IMG/VR virus record: IMGVR_UViG_3300025150_000002
Coordinates: 32,001 to 96,000 of that record
DNA: 64,000 nucleotides
Source of the DNA: a virus
Taxonomy: Duplodnaviria > Caudoviricetes
Reading direction: 5' to 3' (one strand)
Shown here: positions 63,103-64,000 of the stretch, piece by piece
How positions within the stretch are numbered: position 1 is the stretch's first letter
How the letters are laid out: each line of letters begins with the position of its first letter
The notes under the pieces: generated by a model
Told to the model about the DNA's origin: nothing
What the model saw: the letters and a program-made list of their open reading frames with translations, nothing else
Databases searched by the model: none
Program-made: the position numbers and the translations under genes

Positions 63103-63971
63103 CGTGAGCTCCCGTATACGCCTGTGCGAACGATGGGCCTACCTGTGCCGTAGAGTCCACCCTCACCAGGATCTGGATTCTGTACACCACCAGGGGAAAG
63201 AGGAACGCCGTTGGCATCAGCGGGAACCAATCCATAACCACCCGGTCCAGGGACAAGCTGGTAACCCGGACCGCCATATCCTGGCAGTGGCTGCGTAGTC
63301 TGCGTCCCCGTGAAAGCGGGAATGCAGATCGGCTCTCGATCCAATGTCAGTTCGCCCTCTACCTTCAACGAGAGTGAGTATCCCGGCACTCGTTCCACCA
63401 GAGAGCTTACATCAGTAAGGTCAGTAACGCCCTGTTGGAACGCGGCGTAGGTACGAGGATTGTTGATGCCGTCGAGCACAACAACCGTCTGACCGCGCAT
63501 TGGGAACCGGCGCATCATTATCTGAAGCAGGATCTGCGCTACCGTCCGGAACCGGGCCCAGCACTCGATTGAGTAGAAGAAGTCATAAGGTTGCTCCTTG
63601 TCCTTCTGCTCGTAGGAGGTCCACCCAGTGAGACCACCGGCAGACACACGCTTGGCGCCTTCGCACGGAAGACGGTAGGAGACCACAGGCGACAGAAGGC
63701 GGTCCTCAGCCGGAATGGTCGAGTCGCGGATGATGGAAATCATCGGCAAAACCGCACCAATCTGAGTCGGCTCAGGGCGCTTATAGACTACGAGTGCCCG
63801 ATCGATCGGTGTCTGGCGACCGTCGATCGTCACAAAGATGCCTTCGAGCGGCAGATACCACTCGTTCTTGACCTCGTCGGGGAGCGCACCGAGAGCCCTA
63901 GCGACAGCTTCGTCGAAGTCGTAGAAATCTACGCTTCCGGTCCGCTCGCCGAACTCTAGTCCATTGCTCAC
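63099..63971 (-). CDS. tail completion / neck-type protein (putative)
   Basis: Upstream of sheath; PMISIIR...PYDFFYSIECWAR...VEGEL pattern. Confidence 0.55.
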   Translation of the reverse strand: MSNGLEFGERTGSVDFYDFDEAVARALGALPDEVKNEWYLPLEGIFVTIDGRQTPIDRALVVYKRPEPTQIGAVLPMISIIRDSTIPAEDRLLSPVVSYRLPCEGAKRVSAGGLTGWTSYEQKDKEQPYDFFYSIECWARFRTVAQILLQIMMRRFPMRGQTVVVLDGINNPRTYAAFQQGVTDLTDVSSLVERVPGYSLSLKVEGELTLDREPICIPAFTGTQTTQPLPGYGGPGYQLVPGPGGYGLVPADANGVPLSPGGVQNPDPGEGGLYGTGRPIVRTGVYGSSR

Positions 63972-64000
63972 GTGATCCTCTGTCGCATCAGATCGTGATG

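Noticed and set aside
1-64000. Genome-wide TAG reassignment, prompted by in-frame TAGs at 31351 and 40957-40986
   Set aside because: Dozens of long genes are intact under code 11 and many end at TAG right before the next gene; a recoded genome would fragment most ORFs.

Overview
A 64-kb segment of a large, GC-rich, contractile-tailed (myovirus-like) phage genome. No tRNA, rRNA or CRISPR array was seen. Contents: (i) DNA packaging: a putative small terminase and a large terminase, each with a LAGLIDADG intein. The large terminase is also broken inside its Walker A by an 8-nt insertion with the geometry of a ribosomal bypass (Gly GGT, stop TGA, AT, Gly GGA). (ii) A ~10-kb run of low-complexity, probably head-internal proteins studded with (I/L/V)xE motifs, plus a ParB-like protein. 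(iii) A DnaX-like clamp loader and a class II ribonucleotide reductase with two atypical inteins: one Pro-initiated class 3, one Gln-terminated. (iv) Tail genes: sheath, two tube paralogs, a tube-initiator-like protein and many fibre/decoration proteins. One tube gene is split by a 302-nt ORF-less group I intron that the ORF track misses, and it is flanked by two free-standing endonuclease genes. (v) Lysis-like membrane proteins and lipoproteins. (vi) Accessory genes: nucleotidyltransferase, dual-specificity phosphatase, ribosomal bL12 C-terminal-domain homolog, NrdR-type Zn ribbon, a prohead-protease homolog lacking both catalytic residues, and two capsid-A-domain-like fragments; the last three kinds share a LD(R/Q/D)(L/M/I)(A/V) helix motif. 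All functional calls come from motifs recognised by eye; no database search was run.
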